Source: Lama guanicoe
Lineage: Eukaryota
Assembly: GCA_013239625.1 (NCBI GenBank)
Contig: MU054323.1
Location: 15,690,029-15,754,028, forward strand
Length of the DNA stretch: 64,000 nt
Reading direction: 5' to 3'
A program made the translations under genes and the position numbers. The notes below the pieces were generated by a model that was given only the letters and a program-made list of their open reading frames with translations, was not told the origin of the DNA and made no database searches. Shown piece after piece: positions 53,601-62,459 of this stretch; within the stretch, counting starts at the first letter, position 1; the number at the start of each line of letters is the position of its first letter.

Positions 53601-56600
53601 TCTGCCCTCTCTGCCTTCTACCCACTCGCTCCCATCCAAACCCGCCTCTCTCCTACCCCGGGTCTCTTTATCTCCTCTCTTCTGTCACTTTGTTCTAAGG
53701 GGAAAGGGAAGCTTTTGAAGGATTTAAACTACTGTTGTGCAAGAGGGGAAGAGGATCAGATGTTTAAAACATCACTATGGCAACAGGGGTGGGTGGTGTG
53801 GGGAGACAAAGGCAGATGAGAGGAGACTGGCTGGCCAGCGAGGACGGTGGTCTGTGGAGATGATGGTAGACAGAGCTCAGCGTGGGAAGTAGAGATGGAG
53901 AGAAATGGGCAAATTCAAGAGATAGAAAAGGAAGAATCTAGAGGGTTGGGGGTGGAAGTGTGAGACAGAGAGCAGTTAGAGATGCTGTGAGCAACTTGGG
54001 TAAATGGTGCTGCCATGAGGACCACTGGAGATGGGGCAGGCTGGGGCAGGAGAGCGTCTGTCTATCACCTTCTGTAAGGCATTCGGTCTAGCAGAGGGTT
54101 AACTACCGAGATCTGACATCAGAAGGAACAGCCCAACTGAAAACACAGAGTTGGAAGATGATGGGCTGTAATTCATAACCAAAGGCTACGAGAACAGAAA
54201 ATGTGACCTGGGGAGATGGGATAGAAAAAGAAACAGAGGAGTTAAACCTGAAGATCTTTAAGACGGGGCAGAAGAGAAGCCACCTGAGCATACCAGGAAG
54301 AGGGGCCAGAGAAGAAGAGGGAAGCCACGGAGGGAGCTGTGTTGCCAGCCAAGGAGAGTGCCTGAAAACTCCCCCAGAAGGTTGTAAGTCAGCTGCCAAT
54401 GGGCTGTGAGTCTCAACTCAGCTACGTGTCAGAATCACCCAAAGACCTTTTGAAAAAATGAAAAATGCCAACTGCTGCCTCGTGCCTCCTGAATCAGACT
54501 CTCCCTAGATCTTGCTACTCAAAGTGTGGTCTGAGGACCAGTATCAGCGCCACCTGGGAGCTTGTCAGAAATGCAAACTGTCAGGCTCCACCCCAGACCT
54601 CCTTAAGGGATTCCTTGGCCCACTAACCCTTGAGAAGCACCGCCCACAGCAGGCATTTTTATCTGTTGAAGCTACATGAGCAACTCTGACACTTACCCAG
54701 GGTTAAGAAACACTGGCCAACACAAAGCATTAATCTGTAAAATTGTACCATGTTGAAAAAAATGAAAGCAATTAAGAAAATTAGTAGATTGATTCCTGTA
54801 GACACTCTGTCTTACCTTTTCTTCCTCCTCCTCCTTCTGCCCCAGTGACCATAATAAATTGCTCATGCTGAACATTTCAGAACCCAGATCTGTCCTTTTG
54901 TATTGATGTTGTCATCTTCACATCAGCGTGTTTCCATCTCAATGTGAGAAAGCCACTAGGGTCTCAGCGAGCCCATGCCCTGAGCCAGAGCCACAGTCGT
55001 TAACACGCTGTTGGACAGGAGCGAAGGTGATCCCGGTATCAGCCATCAGGCTAATGAGAGAAGAGAACAAAAGCAAATTGAGAAACACTTTCTTAAAACC
55101 TCTGAAATAAACACATCAATTCTGAACACAGTTCAAGATATAAGAAACAAGGAAAGAAAAATGGTCTGGGAAGAATCAAAATAGATGCTACAAAATCCAT
55201 ATACTATTTTTTTTAACTTTCAACTTCTTTTTTTTCCTTTTTTTTGGTGTCTTTTGTTCATTTTTCAGTTTTATTAGGTAGAATTGTTACAATTTGACTG
55301 CACATATACAATGTATTACATGTAAATACATATACACAATATACTTCACCTATTTTTTAAATTTATGTATATGTACTGTTCATTGTTTCTAAGAACATTT
55401 AGAGCTTTAGCTTTTTAGACTTACATAGTTATCAAAAGAGTAAAGCCAACCACAAAATAAGAATTAATTCAAAAAGATACATACCCCCTGCTATTAACAG
55501 CAACATTATTTATAATTGCCAAGTATCGTAAGTGCACTTCAACAGATGAATGAAAATCCACATACTTTCATTCATTTAAAAGGAAAACCCCCTTCCGTCC
55601 TTACTCTCATTAAGTTATTCCAAAAAAGTAATTTTTTTTTCATGTAAAAAGGCATTTGAACTGATCGACTGACATCTGGAAGGAAAACCCTTCTAGGAGT
55701 GCTTCTCAAACTTTAAAGTGCATGCGAATCACCCTGGGATCTTGCTAAACTGCGGACCTGATTCTATAGGTCTGGGTGGAGCCTGGGTGCCCGCATTTCC
55801 AGAAAACAGTAGGCACGGGTGGGCGGCAAGCCCTAAAGAACACCACTGCCACCTGCTGGCGACATTTCACCTTGCAAGCCCGTATCTGGGAAAGAGCGGG
55901 TTGGCCCTGTTTGGCGAACACATGCCAAGGCCTAGAACAGTTCTGCTTCCCTTTTGCTTTACCCCGGGCTTTAGTGGCAGCTTTGACTGAGTTTGCTTCT
56001 CCCAGTCTTCATCTCGAGGATCATGCTTGGCATGCTGCATAGGCAGTTTGGGGGGACACCAGCGGAACAAGAAGGGTGGCAGGCCCTGGCTGTCCACGCA
56101 GACGGGGACTGAAAGCCTGCAAGTCCCTAGTGATCTGAGGCACTAATTCCAGATGGAGCGGAGTCTGCCAGGCCCAGAGAGGTCCCTGTCGTCGCCCACT
56201 TCTCCTCTGGTTTTGATTGCCATGCCCCGCAGCAAGAGAATAAAGCACTCTCAGATCGAATGTTCCCCTCAATCTGCCAAGTCTGTAGTATCACACTTTA
56301 TGAAATAGTTCTCATCCGTTCTGCTTAAAACTGTGTCGACTCATGGTCATTTTCTTGCTTTCATTAAAAAAAAAAAAATCTCTCTGCCACAAAGCTCCTT
56401 CTTCTGGGGAATGGGAGGACTCCAGTCCCATTGAAGCAACACAACATGTAATGCAGAGAACAGAAGCCGAAAGTGGCCTCGCGGGCAGTCGTGCGGCAGC
56501 GCTGAGACCCAGGCTGGTCTGGACAGCTGCATCCCTCCCACAGAAGGCAATGCTGGCCCCTCTGTCCTCCTGGACACTCCAGCCTAGAAATTTCTAACTT

Positions 56601-57685
56601 TGCAGTCTCTCTCTCTTCTTCTCCACCATGGAATTCTGTTCTGAAATATTTTTTTCCTCTCATCCTACAGTTGTTAAATAACTCATTCCTCATTTTTTAT
56701 TTATCAGTGGGATATAGAACTCCCAATAAGAAGCCTCTGATCAGCACTGAATCATCAATTTCATTGAAATGAGATGATACAATTTCAGTCGAGAGCAAAG
56801 TACTAACTTCTGTTTGCTTGTGACTTTTTACCAATTCTTATTAGCCTCTGAAAGGTTGAAATGCCTTGCAGCCCCCCTCACCACCCCCCAACCCCATCAT
56901 AACCTTTATCTGTTCGCAGAGGTCCAGACAGCCTAACCAGAACTGTCCTGATCTTTGTCACAACTAAAAGAAAGGGACAAAAATCTAAGATAGCTACAAA
57001 CAAGTACAGATATCTGTCAATAAACGTGCATAATTTCTAGGGTTGCCCCACCCGGGAAAGTGAAGTATAAGACTGGTATCCATTTTTCATTCTACAATTC
57101 CTGCCCTCCCCTCAACACTGGTCCTGCAAGTCCTTTCCTGACTTTCACAGATGCCAACACACAATTCTAAAAAGTTAGGATGACAGAAAGACTACAGGCT
57201 CCCCCCACAAGACTCAGACCGGGTGAATTCCCACATCTGGGGGTCTGCACTTATACGGTCTGAGCCTAGGAGACTGTTCTGAGGGCCTTCTCAGACTTGA
57301 CTGGGAGGTCACAGCGTCTGAAGTATCTGGTTGTGTCTGATACAGAGAATTCTAAAGCAGTCGTGGACCTTGGTGCCCAGTGAAAACCTATTATGGATAG
57401 AAATCAATGAATATGCCTTGCATCTTGCTTTTCAAATTTCTCCTTTTTTTGGAATCCCAAGGGGATCTGGTGGAGGGAAAGAGCAGTGAATGCAGTGAGA
57501 GAGTCATGGACTAACAGAGTCCTTTTTCGTTCCTCAGACTGCAAGATCGACTTGTCGTTTCTCATCGATGGGAGCTCAAGCATTGGCAAACGTCGATTCC
57601 GAATCCAGAAGCAGTTCCTGGCTGACGTCGCCCAAGTTCTGGACGTTGGCCCTGCTGGTCCACTGATGGGTGTTGTTCAGTACGG
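2559..57685 (+). CDS. VIT: Vitrin, spliced and 3'-partial: join(2559..2610,12543..12608,25666..25822,28336..28469,33190..33267,40095..40286,51922..51966,53492..53554,57538..57685)
   Basis: Nine exons with matching intron phases join into one stop-free frame. The translation runs [29 protein letters not shown]...[22 protein letters not shown]...[20 protein letters not shown], which I recognise as vitrin (signal peptide, LCCL, linker, vWA). Confidence 0.97.
3269..3746 (-). mobile_element. MLT1 (ERVL-MaLR) solo LTR, MLT1B/C-like
   Basis: Ends tgttagttt...cataacaaaataccacaaact and acacaactcaacccataaca; near-matching 5-bp flanks cagtc/tagtc. Confidence 0.85.
4400..4950 (+). mobile_element. L2 LINE 3' fragment
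   Basis: L2-like text (ctctgctgttccctttcctggaatgctcttcc ... ggcactcgagaaatattgctaaataaa). Confidence 0.55.
5008..5824 (-). mobile_element. MER21-like LTR
   Basis: Minus strand begins tgtgatattgtgatttatgataaatacg...cagctcccaaacccttggaat, as MER21 does; contains gggctcagtcccacaagact. Confidence 0.75.
6373..6812 (-). mobile_element. MER31-like ERV1 LTR
   Basis: Recalled MER31 motifs ggatttatagccaaggagcagg, repeated gattcttgctaaa, gaggagcctgactcaagtttggtcaagga. Confidence 0.65.
7100..7740 (-). mobile_element. Old L1M (L1ME-like) fragments with an embedded (TA)n at about 7146-7166
   Basis: AT-rich L1M antisense text (aataatgctgtaatgaacatctttacataaatctttg; aatgagactgaacattgtttt). Confidence 0.5.
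7963..8233 (+). mobile_element. Tandem pair of tRNA-Ala(AGC)-derived SINEs (monomers at 7963 and 8085), camelid type
   Basis: Each monomer has ggggagg(g/a)tatagctca, an A box, a cttagcat/ctcagcat anticodon-like loop, B box ggttcaatccc, then aataaacctaattacct and an A-rich tail. Confidence 0.88.
10012..11549 (+). mobile_element. 5'-truncated L1 (decayed ORF2 C-terminus, 3' UTR, A tail), copy A, within older L1M remnants
   Basis: Track ORFs 10565 ([16 protein letters not shown]) and 11015 ([19 protein letters not shown]...[20 protein letters not shown]) are L1 ORF2 peptides; ends cttcaattaaaaaa. Confidence 0.95.
11667..11686. repeat. (TG)10 microsatellite
   Basis: Direct reading. Confidence 0.9.
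12543..12608 (+). CDS. VIT: Coding exon 2: (V)[21 protein letters not shown](T)
   Basis: Acceptor tttttttcatgcag; 66 nt; donor TCA|gtaagt; phase 1-1. Confidence 0.95.
13095..13530 (-). mobile_element. Ancient MLT1 (J/K-like) LTR
   Basis: cccaaaataacagttgctta; caaaatggctgccccagctccatccatcacgtccacattccag; gagaatggatattgg. Confidence 0.6.
14461..14975 (-). mobile_element. L2 LINE 3' end
   Basis: cattcattcat tail, gtatttattg...tactgttagacact, ccctcacagagttc, ggagggcttcctgaagaaagtgac. Confidence 0.75.
17549..19107 (+). mobile_element. 5'-truncated L1, copy B, with a different 3' UTR from copy A and a degenerate TSD
   Basis: ORF2 peptides [24 protein letters not shown] and [18 protein letters not shown]; poly(A) to about 19107; flanks aaaagaactgctcttcaa (17531-17548) and aaaaggcctactcttcaa (19104-19121), 15/18 identical. 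Confidence 0.95.
20865..21055 (+). mobile_element. MIR SINE
   Basis: MIR core: agttcaagttcaggtcctgactgtgcctcttact...gagcaagtcagcttaccc...ctggaaaatgaggacaata. Confidence 0.7.
21384..21778 (+). mobile_element. L1 3' fragment (ORF2 end and 3' UTR), same UTR type as copy A
   Basis: aatgccatttgcagcaacatggatggacctagagattatcatactaagtga ... ttatacttcaataaaa; aligns with 11155-11545. Confidence 0.92.
25666..25822 (+). CDS. VIT: Coding exon 3, LCCL N-half: (T)[51 protein letters not shown](S)
   Basis: Acceptor ttttgcattcccag; 157 nt; donor CAG|gtgggt; LCCL signature YxxxSxxCxAAVH; overlaps track ORF 25668..26102. Confidence 0.97.
26440..26640 (-). mobile_element. MIR SINE
   Basis: gtgtcaagcactttacc...ccattacccacc...gggattcgaaccc...ttctaaccaccatgc. 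Confidence 0.6.
28336..28469 (+). CDS. VIT: Coding exon 4, LCCL C-half: [44 protein letters not shown](E)
   Basis: Acceptor tttttctcttcacag; 134 nt; donor CAG|gtatgc; phase 2-1. Confidence 0.97.
29140..30350 (-). mobile_element. Old L1MC-type 3' region, with (TATC)n at about 29251-29284
   Basis: ttattttggaaacttctaaatttacagaaaaattaaaagaacagtacaatgaa...tttacccagattcaccaactgttaatatttt is typical of L1MC4/5 antisense 3' ends. Confidence 0.7.
32100..32180 (+). mobile_element. Very short L1 3'-terminal fragment of copy-B type
   Basis: tatatatgcatgactggtacattatgctgtacgccagaaattgacacattgtaactgact aligns with 19028-19090. Confidence 0.85.
33190..33267 (+). CDS. VIT: Coding exon 5, linker: (E)[25 protein letters not shown](G), with a GC donor
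   Basis: Long T-rich pyrimidine tract then tgcag; 78 nt; non-canonical donor CAG|gcaagt keeps frame with the next exon. Confidence 0.92.
33964..34210 (-). mobile_element. Near full-length MIR SINE
   Basis: gtttattgagcttttgctgtgtgccaggcactgttccaagagcttta...tttacagtttgaggaaa...aacttgcc...cagagctgagaatcaaatccagacag. Confidence 0.85.
36765..36975 (+). mobile_element. MIR SINE
   Basis: ctggaatcaaacaaatgtgagtccacatcctggctctgctgcct...ggcacctagtagatgctcagtgaa. Confidence 0.6.
37170..37515. mobile_element. MIR (minus strand, with a CA tract) followed by a MER5A fragment
   Basis: catccccactttacag...ggctcagaaag; then gaatctctgtgaacaggaccctggaatctgcatgttaac. Confidence 0.55.
38670..39076 (+). mobile_element. 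MLT1 (B/C/D-like) LTR, 5' partial
   Basis: gatgtgatttagg...agatgggagattatcc...ggcctccagaactgtgagagaatacatttctgttgttttaagccac...ctaggaaagtaacac. Confidence 0.85.
39478..39705 (+). mobile_element. L1 3' UTR fragments: a younger-type piece (39478-39540) joined to an L1M-type 3' end (39551-39705)
   Basis: gacaaacctatggttaccagggg...gggaagggataaat, then tttgggggtgatggaaatgt...tcttgattgtggt...caataaag and an A-rich tail. Confidence 0.7.
40095..40286 (+). CDS. VIT: Coding exon 6, S/T/P-rich linker: (G)[63 protein letters not shown]
   Basis: Acceptor ccattttcttacag; 192 nt; donor TGG|gtcagt; phase 1-1; similar to the recalled human linker [23 protein letters not shown]. Confidence 0.93.
41205..41700 (-). 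mobile_element. Two adjacent MIR remnants, unusually CpG-rich
   Basis: gaggaaactggccccgag...ggcagagctgggatgcaagcccag; ttatttaatcttcccaacaactctatga. Confidence 0.55.
42281..42513 (-). mobile_element. L1MB-type 3' end
   Basis: taccatacaattcatccattgaaagtgtac...cagttgtgtaaccatcaccacagtcagttctagaacattttcat. Confidence 0.8.
42544..42689 (-). mobile_element. tRNA-Ala-derived SINE monomer with target-site duplication
   Basis: Reverse complement reads ggggagggtatagatcagtggtagag...ggtccaatccctagtacctccatt; perfect 13-bp TSD taatgcatgacta at 42528-42540 and 42690-42702. Confidence 0.92.
42945..43050 (-). mobile_element. L2 3' end
   Basis: ttcattcagaaagtatttattgagtgcccactatgtgtcaggcaccattctag. Confidence 0.75.
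43940..44585 (+). mobile_element. Old L1ME-type fragment
   Basis: gttcaacttcacc...aaatgcaaagtaaacaataagatgtcat; cttaattgtccatcatcagaatgg. Confidence 0.5.
45326..45383 (+). pseudogene. VIT: Frameshifted VIT linker exon (pseudoexon or poison exon): [17 protein letters not shown]
   Basis: tgcag|ATCTCTGG...CCAG|gtaaga; 58 nt, not a multiple of 3; in-frame TAA at 45376-45378; resembles recalled human DLWSTATYTSSQNRPRADP. Confidence 0.82.
46541..46590 (+). pseudogene. VIT: Decayed VIT linker exon remnant: GTQRQR / SGAAYQTPG, acceptor lost
   Basis: Translates with one frameshift to a match of recalled human GIQRQDPSGAAFQKPVG; preceded by ccccccgg instead of a YAG acceptor; lies in the expected exon order. 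Confidence 0.65.
47617..48010. mobile_element. hAT-Charlie-like DNA transposon remnant
   Basis: Terminus tagtacttctcaaagtgtggtccgaggaccc; internal ctgtgtgaggccagattttcttcacacacttc. Confidence 0.55.
49240..49810. promoter_or_regulatory. Intronic CpG-island-like element
   Basis: Dense CpG and high GC (gcgacgggctgcgggcgcggcgaccc, cccgcgcgcccccg, cggcgcgaagcc, cgcggagcgcgcc) against a CpG-poor background. Confidence 0.7.
50670..50682 (+). promoter_or_regulatory. Candidate CTCF site
   Basis: CCAGTAGGTGGCA fits the CCASYAGRKGGCR core; motif match only. Confidence 0.5.
51421..51452. repeat. Imperfect (GGAT)n microsatellite
   Basis: gatggatgggtggatggaaggatggatggatg. Confidence 0.85.
51922..51966 (+). 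CDS. VIT: Linker cassette exon: (G)[14 protein letters not shown](G)
   Basis: Acceptor ttttgacaagcag; 45 nt; donor CAG|gtaatt; phase 1-1; resembles recalled human [15 protein letters not shown]. Confidence 0.88.
53492..53554 (+). CDS. VIT: Linker exon: (G)[20 protein letters not shown](N)
   Basis: Acceptor gttctttccag; 63 nt; donor CAA|gtaagt; phase 1-1. Confidence 0.95.
53700..54060 (-). mobile_element. L2 fragment
   Basis: gatcagatgtttaaaacatcactatggc...gatggagagaaatgggcaaattcaagagata...gagcaacttgggtaaatggtgctgccat. Confidence 0.6.
54405..54640. mobile_element. Two adjacent MER5-type fragments
   Basis: tctcaactcagctacgtgtcagaatcacc; gctactcaaagtgtggtctgaggaccagtatcagcgccacctgggagcttgtcagaaatgcaaa. 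Confidence 0.7.
55206..55552 (-). mobile_element. Short L1 insertion with 5' inversion and TSD
   Basis: Poly(T) plus antisense 3' UTR to about 55460, then sense-strand ORF2-end sequence (aaaaagatacat...acagatgaatg); TSD aaaatccaYatact at 55192-55205 and 55553-55566. Confidence 0.8.
55697..55805. mobile_element. MER5A fragment
   Basis: gtgcttctcaaacttt...gaatcaccctgggatcttgctaaactgcgga...gattctataggtctgggtggagcctg. Confidence 0.7.
55846..55859 (-). promoter_or_regulatory. Candidate CTCF site
   Basis: Minus strand CCAGCAGGTGGCAG, a full match to CCASYAGRKGGCRS; motif match only. Confidence 0.55.
57538..57685 (+). CDS. VIT: First vWA-domain exon: (N)[48 protein letters not shown](G)
   Basis: Branch-point-like gactaac at 57509-57515; acceptor cctttttcgttcctcag; 148 nt; donor CGG|gtaagt; MIDAS DxSxS motif intact. 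Confidence 0.97.
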
Positions 57686-59619
57686 GTAAGTGCTGTCTTG
57701 AATTCAGAAACTAAGGGATGTCCTGCGCTTAATTTTGTGCCGCAGAAAAGTACCAACATATCCTAGAGCACATCAGATTCCTTCTCTTCCCTGATACAAA
57801 TATAAATGAAAGAAATTGAAGCAATCCAGAGGCCATGTAAAGAAACTCGAGACTTCCAGAAGGGCAGGATGGGTTAATCGAGACTTGTAAGTAAATGGTG
57901 TTTGCACTCCTGATTGGTAGAGAGAATATTTTGGGGAGAATTAAGAGAACAGGGCTCAAGTTTTCACTGCATGGCCTTGAGATAGGCCTTCACTTCTCCC
58001 GCCATCGGTTTCCTCATCTGTAGTTGGAGAAGGGGGACCCCATTCAACCCTGACTATGAAAGTATTTGTTGGAAGGGCTCCTGCGCTCCCACCTGTCCAC
58101 CTATAGGTGAGATACCCCGAAAACACGGTGCTCTATGGTGAACTTTCTCCTTCCTCTGCATAACCTGAGGCTGCTGCACTGGTGCTGAGAAAGCCCACCA
58201 GGCAACAGGGAAGACTGGGCGGGGAGGGGAACTGCCCCCATCAGTCAGCGGGTACTTGTGTGACTGTCCCCAGTCCATTTCACTATTCTACGTAGGGTAG
58301 AAATCGAGGTCTCATGCTGACGTCCAGTCTCAACTTTTTCTCTTGTTGGGAAAATAAGTCAATCTTATTTCAACTGTGAATAGACAGCTCTCTAAAACAG
58401 ATACACAGATGTCAACAGAAAATAAACAAAGGAGCAAGCAAGCACAAACCTCAAATAATAGGTGGACTTTTGAGCAAGAATTATTGAGGGCAGGATAATT
58501 GTCTCAAAGTCCCACAAAGGACCCCCAGACACAGCCACCCCTCCCTCCCCGCAGCACTGGAGCCTGGCCTTGGAAGTAGAATCTCACATCAGCCTGGGCA
58601 CCTCTTGCTCAGAAGCCGCAGTCACGGCCTAATGTCCCTCCTGAAAAGGAAAAATACTGATAACATTCGTGGGGGGTCTCCAGACCCTTCAAACGTTTCC
58701 AGAGGACCTCCAGAAGCAGCATTTTAACCGAGGTTAAGTCGAAGACACTGGAATATTTATTTTTGAGATCACCAAGGAAATAAACAAAAATGTCTTATTT
58801 TCTTAAGAACCTATGATGTTTGTATTTTAGAATTAAATTCCAATCACATATTTAACACTATCTTCTATTCCTATGAAGAAAAATAGCTGAGTGAAGTGGC
58901 ACTTGTATAAAGTCAGAGTCAAGTATATGAAAATAACCAATTGCTACAAATGCCAATCTTCAATGTCAAATGATCTGGAGGATTTTAACTTGAAATAGGA
59001 CAATACATACTTTGGGTCACTGTTTCTTGGTTTCAACACATCCACCTGTTTTCATTGCTGTGTTACCTTCTAAAGACAGCAAACAAATAGCAGGCTTCTC
59101 CAGGGAGGAAATGGAAGTGTTTTAGTGCCAGCTGTCCCCGGTCAGTTTTATTGGAGGGTTCAAATCTTGGTGTGCCATCTTGCATTAAAAATAGCTGCTT
59201 TAAAAGCTGCGTATCCCAAGGTTTATAGGATAATATGAAAATAAGATGATAAATATGTCAAGGAGAAGAAAAATGGCAGGAGAATCGTGTTGTGTGCTGA
59301 TGGGAAAGTGGATTAAAGAACCAACGGAGCAGGGGCGGAAAAACAATTCAGTAAACACTCCTTCCCCTCGGAAAAAAAACTTTCTCTCAAGGTTTCCCAA
59401 TATGATCACCGTTTGCAGGGAAGAATTGTTTACCTCCAATGTCACTTTCTAAAAATGCCTTTGCTGTTCGTCTTTTTTTCCACTCAAGGTCTTTATTCAT
59501 TTAAAGCCCTTAAAGGAGAAGGTGTCTGTTTTCCTTCTCTTTATGCTCACACAGACCGATCAATCCTCTTTGTCCTCCTTTGGCCGCAGCCTGGAGAGGG
59601 AAGCATAGTGAACGGGCGA

Positions 59620-59765
59620 CGGGATGTCTTGAATTCCGGCCTTAGCTTTACTGTGTGACCTTAAGCAAGTCCCTTAACCTCTCCACGTAAGGGCTGCCAT
59701 CTGTGAAGGATGAGGCGTTGGGGGGCGGGCCAGATGATTTATTAGGGCTCTGATGTTCTGTAATT
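59620..59765 (+). mobile_element. MIR/MIR3 fragment
   Basis: tactgtgtgaccttaagcaagtcccttaacctctc...catctgtgaa...gctctgatgttctgtaattc. Confidence 0.65.
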
Positions 59766-61867
59766 CAGTGACCAGCTCTTGGGAGACGTCCAATCAATGA
59801 ATGTGGGGCTAACACCCTGGATAAGCCTCCTTTCCCTTCCAGCCTCGGTTCCGATTCTGTGGGATGAATGATCAACAATGATATGACAGCTGCACGGAGG
59901 TTATCTGTCCATCACTGGGACGTGGCGAACAAAATAAATCGGAGACAGGCATCAGAAGAAGGGTGTGATGAGGCTGAAGGGGAAATCCACGCACCCAGCT
60001 GGACTTCCTCTTATTTCAGGCACCTGGGTGCCTCCCGGCCCTCCTTCCTTAGCAAACAGTCTTAGTGCCAAAAGAGGGAGTGGGGCAGGAAAGGGGATAT
60101 GGGGCCAGTGTTTCTGGAAAAGGGCTTTCCAGTGCTCGGCTGACTGGGAAACTGATTCCTCTCCTGGCATTTTGGGTTCTCACGGGATTCTAGTACCTGA
60201 TTCACCACCACAGGGAATCAGCCTCACTGTCTTGGAATCACAGAGCAATGGAGCCTTAGAAATCCCCTGGTTCCACCTCCTCGCGTTATAGGGAGGAAGC
60301 AAGGCTCAAAAAGAAGTGACAATCAGGTGAGGCTTAGGCTGGGAAGGGGCTGGCCAAGGCAAGAGGACTCGGGGTTTGGAATTTCTCCTCCTCTCAAGGC
60401 GTCTCACCTCTGTCACCGCTGCTACTGGTCCACATGGAAGACACCCCCCACCCACCCACCAAGAAGATTCCTTAGGAGAGCTGAGGCAGATCTTAAACTT
60501 TTAAATTTAGAATTTAGAAGGCTCATACTATTAACAGGAGACAAAAGGCAAATAAGAAGTAAAAAAAAACCCAGAAGTATAAAAATGGTTTGGATGTACA
60601 AAATGCAATGTTCTTTCTGCCCCTGATCCCTTAGCATCCTACACAAAGATTTTTTTTGGGGTACAGGAAACAGAAAATCAGTCCACGCAGGCAGGCAGGC
60701 AGGTGAAGGAAGAGTCCTGTGACAGGACTGGCAGGTCGTTGGTCACCCCCTCCCTCCTTTTCCTGGATCTCCCTGTCTCCCTGCTTGTCCACTCCATTCT
60801 ATCAGCAGATCAGATCATCCCCTCCTGGGCTTGTGGTTTCTTCTCCTCCATAACTTCCCCATGCGTTAGCTGGCTCCCTATTTCTGATCCAGGCCAGGGG
60901 GAGCACCTGAGCCACCGTGGTGCCAGGATGCTCCCTCTCCCATGTCACTGCCATCCCCGACCCCCACCCCCTGTTAACTTTTCAGCAACCACAGCGTTCC
61001 TTCCACATCATCATGCACCTCTAGTAAGAGAGGCAGCGTTTGATACCAATTCAGAGAGCTTGAGTGACTTTCCCAAGAACATACAGCTAAAAGCGTGACC
61101 AATGGGGAAAGGACAGATATTAAATTAAAATTAATCCCTAAAATGTCAAATAAAACTGACTTCAAAGCAAAGATTTTGCTCCTCTGCGGAGAAAGCTCCT
61201 GATAATCAAAGCTTTCTACCAAACTGAGGACTGAGACACTGCTTGAACAAAAGGCCAGGGAGCAAGCCCTTGTGTTCTGATTTAGAATTAAACAGCCAAC
61301 AGGCTCATGACTGCACTTAATACAACAGGAGCGCTAAGAGGCCAGATGAAAGGACAGCCAGAGCAAGCAGCTGTTAGGTGAACTCCAGCAAACAGAACGA
61401 GCCTAGCCAAGCAGCTGCATTTTAGCTGCCGTCTGGATCCACAGGTGCCAAGTGCCCCCTGGACCTTCACTATGATTTCGTTTTAGTTCCCAGTTTCAGT
61501 ATAAATGGAACTGAATTGCACATGTGCCTCTGAACTTTGTAATCAACCCTAGGATATCAACATTGGAAAACAGCTATGGAATAAAGCAAAATAGTGGTTT
61601 TGCTCCATTTCAAAATGAAACACACTTTTCTCTGCTCGTGGTTCTTTGACAGGTGCCTTATGTTTTATCTCTGAGTTGGGCTGCATTTCCTTACCCTCTA
61701 ATTTAGCCCACCCACCTCAGCCCCAGACTGAACACCCTCAGTCACACTCAGATGAGCCTCCCTTTCTGCCCAGAAAAAAAGGAAGGACACTCAGAGGCTC
61801 CCGTGGATCAGCTGAGCCAGAGACTGTGGGGAAATCAGGGTGGGGGAGGAAGTGAGGTGTCTGGGGG

Positions 61868-62301
61868 CAATGGGCAGAATAATGGCCCCAAATCTGCCCA
61901 CGTCTGAATCCCTGGAACCCGTGGAGATGTGACTTCATATGGCAGGAGGGACTTTGTGGATGTGATTAAAGTTAAGGCCCCTGAGATGGGAAGGGTGTCC
62001 CAATGTGATCACTTGAGTCCTTAAAAGCAGAGACCCTTTCCCAGCTATTATCAGTCACAGAGAGATGTGACTATGGAAGAGTCATGAGAAAGATGTGACA
62101 GCTGCCTCTGAGGTTGGAGGAAGGGGGCCTTGACCAAGAAAAGCAGGCTGGAGGACAAGGCAGTGGCAGTCTCCGAGAGCCTTCGGGAAGGAGCACAGCC
62201 CTCCCAGGGAGACCCATGTCGGACTTCTGACCTTCAGCTGGAAGCCAAGATGTATGTTGTTTAAGCCACTAAATTTACAGCAGAAATAGGCAACTAATAC
62301 A
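61868..62301 (+). mobile_element. MLT1D-like solo LTR
   Basis: ggcagaataatggcccc...gggactttgtggatgtgattaaagttaagg...gttgtttaagccactaaattt...caactaataca. Confidence 0.88.
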
Positions 62302-62459
62302 CCTGGCAAGGAGGACCATTCTGTCCCATCTTCTTGAGTCTGCAGCAAAGGGGTGGGGGTGGGAGGGAGCCTGAGGCAAGAGCCACAGCGGGAGGGGCCC
62401 AGGAGCTGCAAATCCCGAGCCAGCACAGGACTTCAGGGCAGGAAGCGACTCTGGGGCCC

